From an uncultured Butyrivibrio sp. (GTDB taxonomy: Bacteria; Bacillota; Clostridia; Lachnospirales; Lachnospiraceae), in assembly GCA_964388815.1 (NCBI GenBank), contig CAYMBY010000042.1:7-64006 (forward strand): 64,000 bases of DNA, read 5' to 3'. Both the position numbers and the translations under genes were made by a program. Positions 42,205-52,674 of the stretch are shown here, piece after piece. Position 1 is the stretch's first letter. Each line of letters begins with the position of its first letter. The notes below the pieces were generated by a model, which had not been told where the DNA came from, ran no database searches, and saw only the letters and a list, made by a program, of their open reading frames with translations.

Positions 42205-43404
42205 ATGCCTGATTTTCACAAACTGGAAGCTACCATGCCCGTTGCGCCGCTGGGTCTTATCGCCCTCGATTCCGCAAAAGAGCTTGGGACAAGCGTCAAT
42301 CAGTATCTTGCAGAATTCCGTCATACGCTGCATACGGTTCCGTCCACAGACCCTGCATTCAAAGGTTACGTCAAGGATAATTACCTTCTGAATGTGGAAA
42401 CGGATCGTTTCGGAAGCGGCGAAGGAAAGGCTGTCATTAATGAAACAGTCAGAGGAAAGGATCTGTATATTCTTCTCGATGTCTGCAACCACAGCATCAG
42501 CTATAAAATGAACGGATTTGTCAACTACAAGTCTCCTGACGATCATTATCAGGATCTGAAAAGAGTCATTGCCGCAGTAAACGGCAAAGCAAGAAGAATC
42601 AATGTCATCATGCCGTTTCTTTACGAAGGCAGACAGCATAAAAGAACCGGCTGGGAATCTCTCGATGCCGCAGTAATGTTTGCTGAACTTCATGACATGG
42701 GAATCTCCAATTTTATCACCTTTGATGCACATGATCCGAGAATTGCCAACGCAGCTCCGCTCGGCGGATTCGATAACTTCATGGCTTCCTATCAGTTCAT
42801 GAAAGCACTTCTTTATAATATTGACGATCTGATCGTGGATAAGGATCATCTGACCGTCATCAGCCCGGATGAAGGAGCACTTGACCGTGCAGTATATTTT
42901 GCCAATGTTCTCGGTGCTGATACCGGTATGTTCTATAAACGCCGTGACTATGCACATGTTGTAAACGGCACCAATCCGATCGTTGCACACGAATTCCTCG
43001 GTTCCAACATTGAAGGCAAGGATGTCATCATCGTGGATGACATGATTTCCTCCGGTTCGAGCATGATTGATACTTCCAAACAGCTGAAGGCAATGCATGC
43101 CAAGCGTGTATTTATCTGCACAACATTCGGCCTGTTCACAGACGGCATGGATAAATTTGATGCAGCTTATGAAAAGGGCTATTTTGACCGTGTCATCTCC
43201 ACCAATCTGATTTATCAGGATCCCGAAGTGGTCAAACGTCCATACTATATTGTGGCAGATATGGGAAAATTCCTTGCTACCATTATTGATTTCGTAAACC
43301 ATGACGCTTCCATTTCCAATGTAATCACACCAACAGAAAAGATTCATGAAATTGTCAGCAAATATAATAACGGAGAACGTGCCGAGGATGTACTCAAAGA
43401 CTGA
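42205..43404 (+). CDS. prs: ribose-phosphate pyrophosphokinase (long clostridial type)
   Basis: RFGSGEG, MPFLYEGRQ, FDAH, SPDEG, YKRRDY, VDDMISSG. Confidence 0.9.
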   Translation: MPDFHKLEATMPVAPLGLIALDSAKELGTSVNQYLAEFRHTLHTVPSTDPAFKGYVKDNYLLNVETDRFGSGEGKAVINETVRGKDLYILLDVCNHSISYKMNGFVNYKSPDDHYQDLKRVIAAVNGKARRINVIMPFLYEGRQHKRTGWESLDAAVMFAELHDMGISNFITFDAHDPRIANAAPLGGFDNFMASYQFMKALLYNIDDLIVDKDHLTVISPDEGALDRAVYFANVLGADTGMFYKRRDYAHVVNGTNPIVAHEFLGSNIEGKDVIIVDDMISSGSSMIDTSKQLKAMHAKRVFICTTFGLFTDGMDKFDAAYEKGYFDRVISTNLIYQDPEVVKRPYYIVADMGKFLATIIDFVNHDASISNVITPTEKIHEIVSKYNNGERAEDVLKD

Positions 43405-43436
43405 TCCGGACAACAGAAACAGCTTTGCATGCTGTT

Positions 43437-43474
43437 AAAAAATGCCGTACCCTTTTTCAGAGGTACGGCATTTT
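43437..43474. terminator. bidirectional terminator between prs and the histidine kinase
   Basis: AAAAAATGCCGTACC...GGTACGGCATTTT. Confidence 0.75.
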
Positions 43475-43535
43475 CATACAGAACCCGCGAAACAGGCTCC
43501 TTTGAAATGAACTGCCATTGCAGTTCATTTTATTT

Positions 43536-46088
43536 TTATCTGGTACGGTCAAATTCCAGAATTGCCTTAAACAGATCTCCGTCCAGTACAATGTTGAACG
43601 TTCCGTTCTGTGCAACGGTAAGGCTCTTTGCAATGGATAGCCCAAGGCCGCTTCCTTCCGTACTTCTGGACACATCGCCGCGGATAAATCTTTCCGTGAG
43701 TTCATCTGCATTGATATTCAACTCATTTGCAGAAATATTCTTTATGGAAAATACCACCTTTTCCGTTCCGTTATCATCCCGCAGATCCAGATCCATATAT
43801 ACTCTCGTGTTTTCAAGTGCATATTTGAATACATTGTTCAGCAGATTCTCAATCACCCTCCAGAGATGACGGCTGTCCGCCATAATGTAAATCTCATTCT
43901 CCTGAGGTTTGAACACCGGATGCAATCCCTTCTGCTCAAACTTCTCATAGAACTCTCCGATGGTCTGATTGATCAGTTCTACAAAATTGATCCGTTCCAG
44001 TGTCAGCGAAATATTCCCGGAAGAAATTTTAGATGCTTCGACCAGATCAACAGTCAGCTGCTTCAGCCTCTGGGACTTCTCGTCCAGCACCTCCACATAA
44101 CCTCTGATCTTCGGATCCTGAATATCTTCTCTCTTGATCAGATCCACATAATTGATAATGGACGTCAGCGGTGTTTTGATATCGTGAGATACGTTGGTGA
44201 TCAGATCCGCCTTCATTTTCTCATCTTTCATGCTGATGCTGACTGCCTTCTCAATTCCGTCACCGATGGAATTGACTGCTTCTGCCAGAATAATATTGTC
44301 TCCATGCAGATGTGAGGTATCCACCTTGTAGTTGACGTTTCCATCACGTATTTTCCGGATGCCCTTTACAATGTCCTGTCTGTCCAGATTTGAACGGTAC
44401 AGCATGAATCCTACATATATATCCATCAGAACAGCCAGAATTATTCCGGGTACCCCGACCATAAACAGCAATCCGTTTACAATCAGAAACAGGATATATG
44501 GAATCCATGTCCGGATGATCACATTCCCGTTATCCATTGATCTTAAGAGCAGCTTACGTCCGCCGGAAACCAGCTGCTGTAAAAAGCTGCTGCTCCAGAG
44601 TGTTCCCGCTTTGCCTCTTCTGACAAAGCTGTAGAACCCCGCACTGAATATGATGTCACATAAAAAGGCCACTGCTGCAATCAGTACCGGATAAAAGACC
44701 TGCTGTGTAAATTCATCAAAACTGCCGGAAAGATAATAAACCATCATCGCAAGCAGCACAATCAGCAACGCACATACGAGAATGAGAATCTCCGTATAAA
44801 TTCTGTCTGTACGCTCCATATAGATGCCGTTGATTTCCAGAATGGAAGGAGATGTGGTATCTTCCCCCTTCTGCGATGCTCCTTTCTTTTTCGCCGGCAT
44901 GACCTGCGCCGGAATAACATGCCCTTCTCTGGCAATCAGGTACATCAGAATCAGCAGATAGACAAATGCTGCGCTGATGCCCGCTATCATCATCTGATTT
45001 GAATACGGCACATATTTTCCGAATACCGTTTTCCCCTGTGTAAAATCGTCCTTGCAGGGATAATTCTGCGTATCTACGCCGATGTAGATCCGGATCTGAT
45101 CCGGATAGGCATATTCATAGTCATTGAGAATATTGCGGAGCGTCTCCTCATCCAGCATGGTATTGGTGTCATAAGCCAGTTCATAAGGACAGTAATAGAT
45201 ATACTTTCCGTATTTTTCAAATTCGGATTTAATATCAATTCCCGTCGTCTCACCCATCAGCTGGCTGACATTGGTATATATCTCTGTTTTGGCTCCGATG
45301 GTCCGTGTGATGTAATAACGCAGATTTGTATTCTGGTAATCATAATATTTAGTATAATCGAGATACTCCGAATAATTCTGATTCAGGTCAGAAGCCGCTT
45401 CTTCCACATTCCGGCACAGATCCTGATACTCCTGCCAGCTTGAAACCAGATCCTCGATATTCTTACCGTCAACCGTTCTGTAACGGTCGATCAGAACCGT
45501 ATGCTTTCCGCCGTCAGAAGAACCGTCCGTTCCGTTTCCGGAAACCGTCCGTGAAGAAGTGTTGTCGTCCATCTGAGAATTCAGGAAACTGTTCATCCCG
45601 CCGGAAAAGGTATTATTCAAAAGATGTGTATAGGTTGTTGAGGTACTCAGAAATGACTGTGCATTCGTAAAATCTTTTTCCTGATACTCAAATCCGCTCT
45701 GTGCCCATTTCAGAAGATCCGATACAGAATAAACTGCCGTAATATAATCTCCGGGAAGCATGGTTCCCCGGTTCACATACGCCGTAACATCGATTTTCTT
45801 GGTTCCGTCATAGGCGCCATTCGTTTCGATCTGTGAACGGATGGCTGTCAGTCTGACAATGTTCGATATTCCGTTTCCCATGATATTATTGAAAAGATAG
45901 GAATCCTCATAATCCCTGTCCTTGTCCGCTTCATGCAATTCATAGGAAAAGTCACCGTTTACACCCGATATAATGACATTTGAGCCCGTTACGGTATAGG
46001 CAAGAACACCGACTGCAATTGCCAGCATCACATGCTGGATCAGTCTGAGCATATTTCTTTTTTTACGTGCAATCTGCTTTTTCCCCAC
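43536..46088 (-). CDS. sensor histidine kinase with large extracellular domain
   Basis: SHDIKTPLT H-box, NLLNNVFKY, RFIRGD, GSGLGLSI; GTG start after GGAGG. Confidence 0.92.
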   Translation of the reverse strand: MGKKQIARKKRNMLRLIQHVMLAIAVGVLAYTVTGSNVIISGVNGDFSYELHEADKDRDYEDSYLFNNIMGNGISNIVRLTAIRSQIETNGAYDGTKKIDVTAYVNRGTMLPGDYITAVYSVSDLLKWAQSGFEYQEKDFTNAQSFLSTSTTYTHLLNNTFSGGMNSFLNSQMDDNTSSRTVSGNGTDGSSDGGKHTVLIDRYRTVDGKNIEDLVSSWQEYQDLCRNVEEAASDLNQNYSEYLDYTKYYDYQNTNLRYYITRTIGAKTEIYTNVSQLMGETTGIDIKSEFEKYGKYIYYCPYELAYDTNTMLDEETLRNILNDYEYAYPDQIRIYIGVDTQNYPCKDDFTQGKTVFGKYVPYSNQMMIAGISAAFVYLLILMYLIAREGHVIPAQVMPAKKKGASQKGEDTTSPSILEINGIYMERTDRIYTEILILVCALLIVLLAMMVYYLSGSFDEFTQQVFYPVLIAAVAFLCDIIFSAGFYSFVRRGKAGTLWSSSFLQQLVSGGRKLLLRSMDNGNVIIRTWIPYILFLIVNGLLFMVGVPGIILAVLMDIYVGFMLYRSNLDRQDIVKGIRKIRDGNVNYKVDTSHLHGDNIILAEAVNSIGDGIEKAVSISMKDEKMKADLITNVSHDIKTPLTSIINYVDLIKREDIQDPKIRGYVEVLDEKSQRLKQLTVDLVEASKISSGNISLTLERINFVELINQTIGEFYEKFEQKGLHPVFKPQENEIYIMADSRHLWRVIENLLNNVFKYALENTRVYMDLDLRDDNGTEKVVFSIKNISANELNINADELTERFIRGDVSRSTEGSGLGLSIAKSLTVAQNGTFNIVLDGDLFKAILEFDRTR

Positions 46089-46108
46089 CTGGAATTTCCT
46101 CCGTAAAA

Positions 46109-46807
46109 TCAAGCATCAGCTTCAATCTTATATCCGACACCCCATACTACCTTCAGATACCTTGGCTCTTTGGGATTAATCTCAATTTTTTCACGGATAT
46201 GCCGGATATGGACCGCTACGGTATTATCTGCGCCAACCGCCGTTTCATTCCAGATATTCTCATAAATCTGGTTGATGGAAAAAACCTTCCCCTTGTTTTT
46301 TACCAGGAAAAGAAGGATGTTATATTCCATCGGCGTCATTTTCACTGACTCGCCATCTACTGTAACTTCCTTGGACGCGTCATTGATTACAAGCCCCCCT
46401 ACAGTGAAGGTCTGTGAATCATCCTGTTCCGGAATACTTCCAAGCTTTGTATAACGTCTTAAATTTGATTTTACTCTTGCCACCAGCTCGAGCGGATTAA
46501 ACGGCTTTGCAACATAATCATCCGCGCCGATGTTCAGCCCCAGAATCTTATCGGTATCCTCCGACTTTGCTGACAGGATAATGATCGGAATACTGCTCTT
46601 TTCCCGGATCTTCATCGTACAGTGAATCCCGTCCATTTTGGGCATCATGACATCAATAATTGCCAGCTGAATCTCATGCTCCTGCAGAATCTGCAGCGCC
46701 TGAATCCCGTCATATGCCTTAAATACTTCAAAACCTTCCTGCTGAAGGTAAATTTCAATTGCATCTACAATTTCTCTGTCATCATCACACACCAGAATTC
46801 CCGGCAT
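46109..46807 (-). CDS. OmpR-family response regulator
   Basis: CDDD, IDVMMP, GADDYVAKPF, winged helix VWGVGYK. Confidence 0.95.
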   Translation of the reverse strand: MPGILVCDDDREIVDAIEIYLQQEGFEVFKAYDGIQALQILQEHEIQLAIIDVMMPKMDGIHCTMKIREKSSIPIIILSAKSEDTDKILGLNIGADDYVAKPFNPLELVARVKSNLRRYTKLGSIPEQDDSQTFTVGGLVINDASKEVTVDGESVKMTPMEYNILLFLVKNKGKVFSINQIYENIWNETAVGADNTVAVHIRHIREKIEINPKEPRYLKVVWGVGYKIEADA

Positions 46808-46896
46808 CTCAGTATCCTCCGCTGATTATCTTATTTTATTGAAACATATATTTATTAAGAACTGATATGGATAATTCTTAATAAAAACAGGGTTCC

Positions 46897-47757
46897 TTAC
46901 CTAAGGGTCAGAAATGCTGCCAGATTGCCTCTCTTTTCATGTGCTTTCCGATGTGAAAAAAGATACTCCGGGTTACAGCAGGTACAGATGTCTGTCACAC
47001 TGATCTGCGCGGACGGAACGCCTGCATTTTCCAGAATCATCCGGTTGGCCTGCCACAGATTCAGCAGGTATTTTCCATTTCCCTTTGCTCTTAATATCTG
47101 CTTCTGCAGTAAATCCGTATCTGCAAAAGAGTCTCTGAAAATCTGTGCAACATCCTCGCCGATTTCATAGCAGTCGCCGCAGATAGAAGGCCCGATTCCG
47201 CAGATGCAGTCCTCCGGTCTCGTTCCGAATGCCCGGTTCATGGCTTCCAGCGTCTTCTGTCCCATGCGCCCTGCCGTTCCCTTCCAGCCTGAATGAGACA
47301 GCCCGATTGCCCTGTGCACGGGATCAACGAAATACAGCGGCGTACAGTCTGCATGATAGGTGACCAGAATAATCCCCGGCACATCCGTAATCAGACCGTC
47401 CGTATCTGTATAATCTCTTTGTCTGACAGTACCCTTGCCGCGATCTTCTTCCGTTACCAGACGGACATTTGTCGTATGCGTCTGATAGGTGGAGACAAAA
47501 TCATCCAGCGTTCTTCCATGCCCCAGAATCTGTGCCACTCTCCTGTAATTCTCATCCACTGCTTCCCTGAGATCTCCCCGGGTATAGCTGAAGTTACTTT
47601 CTCCATAGCAGCCCCTGCTGACACCTCCCAGCCTTGTTGAAAAAAGGTGGCTGACAATTCCCGTTTTTTCCAGCTCCGGAAAAACAAGATATTCCATACC
47701 ATCGTTCATACGCTGCTCCATGACCGGCAGCGTACCTTTTCTGATTACCTTATACAT
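46897..47757 (-). CDS. pgeF: PgeF/YfiH family (peptidoglycan editing factor / laccase-domain purine nucleoside enzyme)
   Basis: STRLGGVS, QTH, ADCTP, HSGWKG, GPSICGDCYE, CTCC, FSHR. Confidence 0.9.
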   Translation of the reverse strand: MYKVIRKGTLPVMEQRMNDGMEYLVFPELEKTGIVSHLFSTRLGGVSRGCYGESNFSYTRGDLREAVDENYRRVAQILGHGRTLDDFVSTYQTHTTNVRLVTEEDRGKGTVRQRDYTDTDGLITDVPGIILVTYHADCTPLYFVDPVHRAIGLSHSGWKGTAGRMGQKTLEAMNRAFGTRPEDCICGIGPSICGDCYEIGEDVAQIFRDSFADTDLLQKQILRAKGNGKYLLNLWQANRMILENAGVPSAQISVTDICTCCNPEYLFSHRKAHEKRGNLAAFLTLR

Positions 47758-47780
47758 GAATGTGCTTTCCTTCCTGCTGC

Positions 47781-48152
47781 TTATCGTCTGTATGAAAATG
47801 CATCCCTGATCCATTTTACCTGCAACATGCCGTCTTCGTCAGGACTGACTGCCAGTACATCAAAACGGACCGGCGTAAATTCGTCCATGTGATTGATGAG
47901 CCTGTAATAATCCGCGCATTTACAGATCACCCGCTGTTTACTCAGTGTCACAGCATCCTCTGCGCTTCCGAACCGCTCGCCGCTCCGGTATTTGACTTCT
48001 GCAAAAACCAGATATCTGCCGTCCCGGGCAATAATATCAATCTCGCCGCTCCTGATACGAAAATTGCGTTGCAAAATGCACCCGCCCTGTGCCGTAATAT
48101 ACGCACAGGCCAGTGTTTCATAATTATCGCCGGTTTTTCGTTTATTAATCAA
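47781..48152 (-). CDS. yraN: YraN family putative endonuclease
   Basis: GEIDII, FAEVKYR, RFDV; near rnhB. Confidence 0.9.
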   Translation of the reverse strand: MINKRKTGDNYETLACAYITAQGGCILQRNFRIRSGEIDIIARDGRYLVFAEVKYRSGERFGSAEDAVTLSKQRVICKCADYYRLINHMDEFTPVRFDVLAVSPDEDGMLQVKWIRDAFSYRR

Positions 48153-48169
48153 AAAATATTCCTCTCAGG

Positions 48170-48481
48170 TTATTTTTTCAGGAAATCAGAACCGCCTCTG
48201 TCTCTGGATCTGATTTTATCCATGGCATCAACGAATACCAGAATCTCCGCAACAACTTCATACAGTTCCGGCGGAATCATTTCTCCGATATCCAGGCGGG
48301 AAAGCGTATCTGCCAGCTTATTGTCCTGATGCACCGGAATATTTTCCTCTTTGGCCTTTTCAATAATTTTATCGGCAAGAATTCCCTTCCCGGAGGCAAT
48401 TACCTTAGGCGCATTATCCTCATTCGGATCATAACCGAGTGCAATTGCCTGTTTCACTTTTGTTCTGCGTTCTTCAGCCAT
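48170..48481 (-). CDS. FlhB C-terminal-like / EscU-family export switch protein (YlqH-like)
   Basis: AIALGY..APKVIASGKG..IPPELYEVVAEIL. Confidence 0.88.
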   Translation of the reverse strand: MAEERRTKVKQAIALGYDPNEDNAPKVIASGKGILADKIIEKAKEENIPVHQDNKLADTLSRLDIGEMIPPELYEVVAEILVFVDAMDKIRSRDRGGSDFLKK

Positions 48482-48493
48482 TTTTCCCCTCAT

Positions 48494-50380
48494 TCAGGCT
48501 CTGGCATCAAATGAATTTTCTGAAACCAGCGACAGCTTTTCTCCTTTTTGTAACAGCTCATCCAGCACCGTATTTTCAGAACTGTGATCACTTTGCAGCA
48601 TCATTTTAGCCTGCAGAGTGTAGCCCCGTTTCTGAAGTCTTTGATTGAGTTCATCAATATGTGAAGCAATCAGATCCAGCACCTGATCGTCCGCCACGTA
48701 GAAATTGGTACTGACCTTCTGATCCTTCATTTTCACATAGACATCCAGCGGCCCGAGATTTTCCATATCCAGATGAAGAATCGCACTGACCTGCCCGTCC
48801 TTCTGTGCCAGATTCTTACGGTTGGTATATACATACAGATCTCCGTGGGCATCCTGATCACTCATCTTAAGCGGCAGCTGCACATAGGCAAACATCTGAT
48901 TGAGCTGGTTCATGAAATCCACATTCCCGGACAGATTATTAACGCTCTGCGCAACCTTGCTTCCGGATCCTGCCGTATCCGAAATGATCTGCGCCAGCTC
49001 CTTTGTCTGGTCATGAAGACGCTGATACAGATTTTCAACATTATCCTTGGAGTCAACATTCTCAGGACTGATCAGCCACTCATTCGATATGGCATTCTGA
49101 AGCAGTCTGGTAAAATCTCTGGAGGAAAAGAGATCTGTCCAGTTTTTTCCCATTTCTGCTGTAGTATCCGCATTCTGCGCATACAGATCTGAAAGTGTCT
49201 TCATCAGCGCTGAAGGATCCGCCTGCAGACTTTCCTGTACCTGCGCCTGCGAAAGCTGGTTCAGCATGTTCTCCGGCACACCGACTGACTTCAGAAGCTG
49301 CAGAAAATGGTCCGAAAGCGTGCTCTGACCGGACGTTTCTCCACTCAGAGACGCCGCTGCTGTCCCGCTGCCGGCTGCATCCGGCAGGATACCTGATGCG
49401 TTGAAAGTATCTATGGTCTCTGCCGTCGTTTCATTCCCCGCACCCATGGCATTCAGTACCTGTGTCTGTGCCTGCAGAACCGCCGATTTCACATTCTCCG
49501 GGCTGACCTGCTGCAGCGTTCCTTCGCCGCTCAGAATCTGTCCGCCGGCGGTACTGTCTGCCTGTACTGTACCTGTCTGCGCTCCGCTTCCTGCCGGTAA
49601 ATTTCCCTGCAGTAACGTATTATCAGCGCCTGCCGGAAGGTTCCCTGTTACAGCTCCCGGTAACGTTGCAGACGCATCTGATGTACCTTCCCCGGAAAAA
49701 AGATTCAGCATTTCGCCGTAAAGACTGCGCGCCCCGATCTGATTTCCATCCTGAAGCATCTGTGAAAAAGCCTCCGGAAGTTCATTCATAATGGTATTTA
49801 CACTGCTGACAACCTGGTGCTGATAATTCTGATAGTTCTGAAACTGCTGAACATTGGCATCATTAATCGGAATATTCAGTTTCGTCATCTGCACAAGAGA
49901 CGAGACATCAGCAGACGGATAATCCATGATATTCCGGCTCATCTCCAGAAGAGATGAACGGTCTATGGACATTCCGGATTCCATCATATCCCTGACCATT
50001 TCCAGGGTAGTATTATTTGCCGACAGTCCTGCAGCATTCAGTGCTTTCATGGCACTGCTGTCCGCAGCGGTATTTTCATATAGGGGACTTAATGTGACGG
50101 TTCCTGACGAAGTACTTCTGACTTCAAAAGATATGTTCTGCCCGGCGCTTAATGCCATGTTGCCCTGCAGCTTTGCAGATACCACAATATTATTTCCGAG
50201 ATTAATCTGCGCAGTACCGTTGCCATCCGCAGTTGTACCGACCGATACCACCTTGCCCTGTATCGTCTGTCCTGTGCTTAAGGTCATCAGCTTTGCCTGA
50301 GCGCCCGCATTTTCCGCAGGACTCAGGATCTGTGCAGTTCCGTTTGTCTGTCTGACACCAATATATAGATTATTATCCAT
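48494..50380 (-). CDS. FliK-like flagellar hook-length control domain protein (YlqG-like)
   Basis: C-terminal 'YVQLPL...LHLDMENLGPLDVYV...FDARA'; between rnhB and the FlhB-like gene. Confidence 0.75.
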   Translation of the reverse strand: MDNNLYIGVRQTNGTAQILSPAENAGAQAKLMTLSTGQTIQGKVVSVGTTADGNGTAQINLGNNIVVSAKLQGNMALSAGQNISFEVRSTSSGTVTLSPLYENTAADSSAMKALNAAGLSANNTTLEMVRDMMESGMSIDRSSLLEMSRNIMDYPSADVSSLVQMTKLNIPINDANVQQFQNYQNYQHQVVSSVNTIMNELPEAFSQMLQDGNQIGARSLYGEMLNLFSGEGTSDASATLPGAVTGNLPAGADNTLLQGNLPAGSGAQTGTVQADSTAGGQILSGEGTLQQVSPENVKSAVLQAQTQVLNAMGAGNETTAETIDTFNASGILPDAAGSGTAAASLSGETSGQSTLSDHFLQLLKSVGVPENMLNQLSQAQVQESLQADPSALMKTLSDLYAQNADTTAEMGKNWTDLFSSRDFTRLLQNAISNEWLISPENVDSKDNVENLYQRLHDQTKELAQIISDTAGSGSKVAQSVNNLSGNVDFMNQLNQMFAYVQLPLKMSDQDAHGDLYVYTNRKNLAQKDGQVSAILHLDMENLGPLDVYVKMKDQKVSTNFYVADDQVLDLIASHIDELNQRLQKRGYTLQAKMMLQSDHSSENTVLDELLQKGEKLSLVSENSFDARA

Positions 50381-50406
50381 GAGCTTACCCCACTACCGTG
50401 ATTTGT

Positions 50407-51171
50407 TTACTGAGGGATAAAATGCCCGATAAAAGAGCGTCTGTGAATCGGACAGGGACCATATTTTTTCAGTGCCGCAATGTGATCTGCCGAGCCATAT
50501 CCTTTATTCTGTGCGAAGCCATATTCAGGGTAGCTTGCATCAAGTTCCTTCATCAGACGGTCTCTTGTCACTTTCGCAATAATACTCGCTGCCGCAATTG
50601 AAATGCTCTTTGCATCCCCCTTGATAATCGACACCTGCTCAAAGCGCTCCAGCTGAGGAATATGTACGGCATCAATCAGAAGGACATCGGGTTGCACGCA
50701 TAATCTGCCGACTGCCTGTGCCATTGCCTCATAATCAGCCTGCAGAATATTGATCTCATCAATCCGCTGCGGGTCCGACATACCGATACCGGTTGCCACC
50801 GCTTTTTCCATGATGATATCGTAAAGCTCTTCTCTCTTTTTTTCGGATAATTGTTTGGAATCATTCAGATATAAAATGTCACAATCTGCAGGCAGAATAA
50901 CAGCACCTGCCATGACAGGCCCTGCAAGCGGTCCTCTGCCGACTTCATCAATTCCGCAGATATAGCCCTTTGCTGCATACTGATGCTCATACAGCTTCAT
51001 TTTCTCCGTGCGTTCCAGCTCTTTATGCAGTGCCTCAATTCTCTTTTCCGCACTGCCAAGGAGCTTCTGAACACCATCCCGCGGATCCGCTTCATATCCG
51101 GCGATCAGCTGTGCCAGCTCCTGCGTCTGTGTATTTCTGATTCTGTCTCTTATGCTCGATATGGATTCCAT
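50407..51171 (-). CDS. rnhB: ribonuclease HII
   Basis: GIDEVGRGPLAGP, NDSKQL, KGDAKS, AASIIAKVTRD. Confidence 0.96.
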   Translation of the reverse strand: MESISSIRDRIRNTQTQELAQLIAGYEADPRDGVQKLLGSAEKRIEALHKELERTEKMKLYEHQYAAKGYICGIDEVGRGPLAGPVMAGAVILPADCDILYLNDSKQLSEKKREELYDIIMEKAVATGIGMSDPQRIDEINILQADYEAMAQAVGRLCVQPDVLLIDAVHIPQLERFEQVSIIKGDAKSISIAAASIIAKVTRDRLMKELDASYPEYGFAQNKGYGSADHIAALKKYGPCPIHRRSFIGHFIPQ

Positions 51172-51707
51172 CAGTTCAGTACTCCAAACGTATGAAACGG
51201 ATATACTCTGACCCACGCACGGCCGATCAGATCCTTCCTCTTTATACTGCCTACCTGCGGATCACGGCTGTCCATACTGTTGTTACGGTTATCACCCATA
51301 ACAAAATATTCATCCGCACCCAGTTTGACCGGCTCAACCGCCCGCCCCGGATCAGCGATGACTTCCTTGCCATAGACATCGTCCTTCAGGACCTTGCCGT
51401 TAATGTAAATATTTCCTGATGTGTCGATCTGAACGGTTTCTCCCGGCAGACCGATGATTCTCTTGATAAAATAGGTATGATCTTCATATTCAAACGGGAA
51501 AACAACAATATCATATCTCTGCGGATCTTTAAAACGATAGGATATCTTATCTACAATCAGTGAATCTCCATCCTGAAGTGTCGGTTCCATGGATCTGCCG
51601 CTGACTTCCGTTCTCTGTGCCACAAAATGGATAAAGAGAAATGTCAGACAGAAAATGACAATCAGATAGATTATTGTACTGAAAATTTCCTTAAGCACTT
51701 TTTTCAT
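51171..51707 (-). CDS. lepB: signal peptidase I (copy 2)
   Basis: GRSMEPT, IKRIIGLPGE, GDNRNNSMDSR. Confidence 0.95.
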   Translation of the reverse strand: MKKVLKEIFSTIIYLIVIFCLTFLFIHFVAQRTEVSGRSMEPTLQDGDSLIVDKISYRFKDPQRYDIVVFPFEYEDHTYFIKRIIGLPGETVQIDTSGNIYINGKVLKDDVYGKEVIADPGRAVEPVKLGADEYFVMGDNRNNSMDSRDPQVGSIKRKDLIGRAWVRVYPFHTFGVLN

Positions 51708-51787
51708 GATATATGCGCCTTATACAGGAAGGCCTGCCCTCTTTTCGCGTTGAATATAAAAACATTATAGCATAATTCCGGTGATTA

Positions 51788-52666
51788 TCATTCCGGTTTT
51801 TCCAGTGTGATCCGTCCAAGTTTTCCGTTTCTGAAATCATCCAGAAGAAGTGCCGCAGCTCTCATCATATCCGGCCTTGCTCCCTGCGCATAACAGTTTC
51901 TGTTGATTGCAATTGCATCCAGGCATGCCGCTTCTTCACTGATCAGATTTTCCTCTTCCTTACAGTTAAGGATCTGTTCCCGTGTGACATGATAGGTATT
52001 TTCGATTGCATCAGGATAATTTCTGTCAAGCAGCTTTATCAGGCTTATGGCCAGTTCACCGGAGTCCAGATTTTCATCATTCATGGAGCCTACCAGTGCC
52101 AGATGCAGACCTACAGTTTCGTCATCGAATTTCGGCCAGAGAATCCCCGGGGTGTCGAGCAGCTGAATCTGATTTCCCAGCATGATCCACTGTTTGCCTT
52201 TGGTAACACCGGGCTTGTTTCCGGTCTTTGCTGAACTTTTTCCTGCCAGATGATTGATAAAGGTAGATTTTCCGACATTGGGAATCCCTGCCACCATGGC
52301 CCGGATCGGTCTGTTTATGATTCCGCGCTTCTTATCACGTTCGATTTTTTCCGCGCAGGCATTTCTCATCATGTTCCTGATCTCATTGACACCGCCGCTC
52401 TGTCTGGAGTTCATCTCCATAACGAGCACGCCCTGTGCCGAGAAATAATCCGCCCACTTTCTGTTCATCACAGGATCTGCAAGATCCGCCTTGTTCAGAA
52501 TGATCAGACGGGATTTGTTTCTGCCAAGCTCGTCAATGTCAGGATTTCTCCCCGACAGAGGGATTCTGGCATCTGTCACTTCTATAATCATATCCACCAG
52601 TTTGATGTTTTCCTGCATCATCCGGATGGCTTTCGTCATATGTCCGGGATACCACTGATAATTCAA
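51788..52666 (-). CDS. rbgA: ribosome biogenesis GTPase RbgA/YlqF
   Basis: WYPGHM, DARIP, NKAD, GIPNVGKS, DTPGILWP. Confidence 0.96.
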   Translation of the reverse strand: MNYQWYPGHMTKAIRMMQENIKLVDMIIEVTDARIPLSGRNPDIDELGRNKSRLIILNKADLADPVMNRKWADYFSAQGVLVMEMNSRQSGGVNEIRNMMRNACAEKIERDKKRGIINRPIRAMVAGIPNVGKSTFINHLAGKSSAKTGNKPGVTKGKQWIMLGNQIQLLDTPGILWPKFDDETVGLHLALVGSMNDENLDSGELAISLIKLLDRNYPDAIENTYHVTREQILNCKEEENLISEEAACLDAIAINRNCYAQGARPDMMRAAALLLDDFRNGKLGRITLEKPE

Positions 52667-52674
52667 TGTTTACC

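Noticed and set aside
42148..43413. 421-aa minus-strand ORF
   Set aside because: Exact antisense shadow of prs; no recognisable motifs or RBS.
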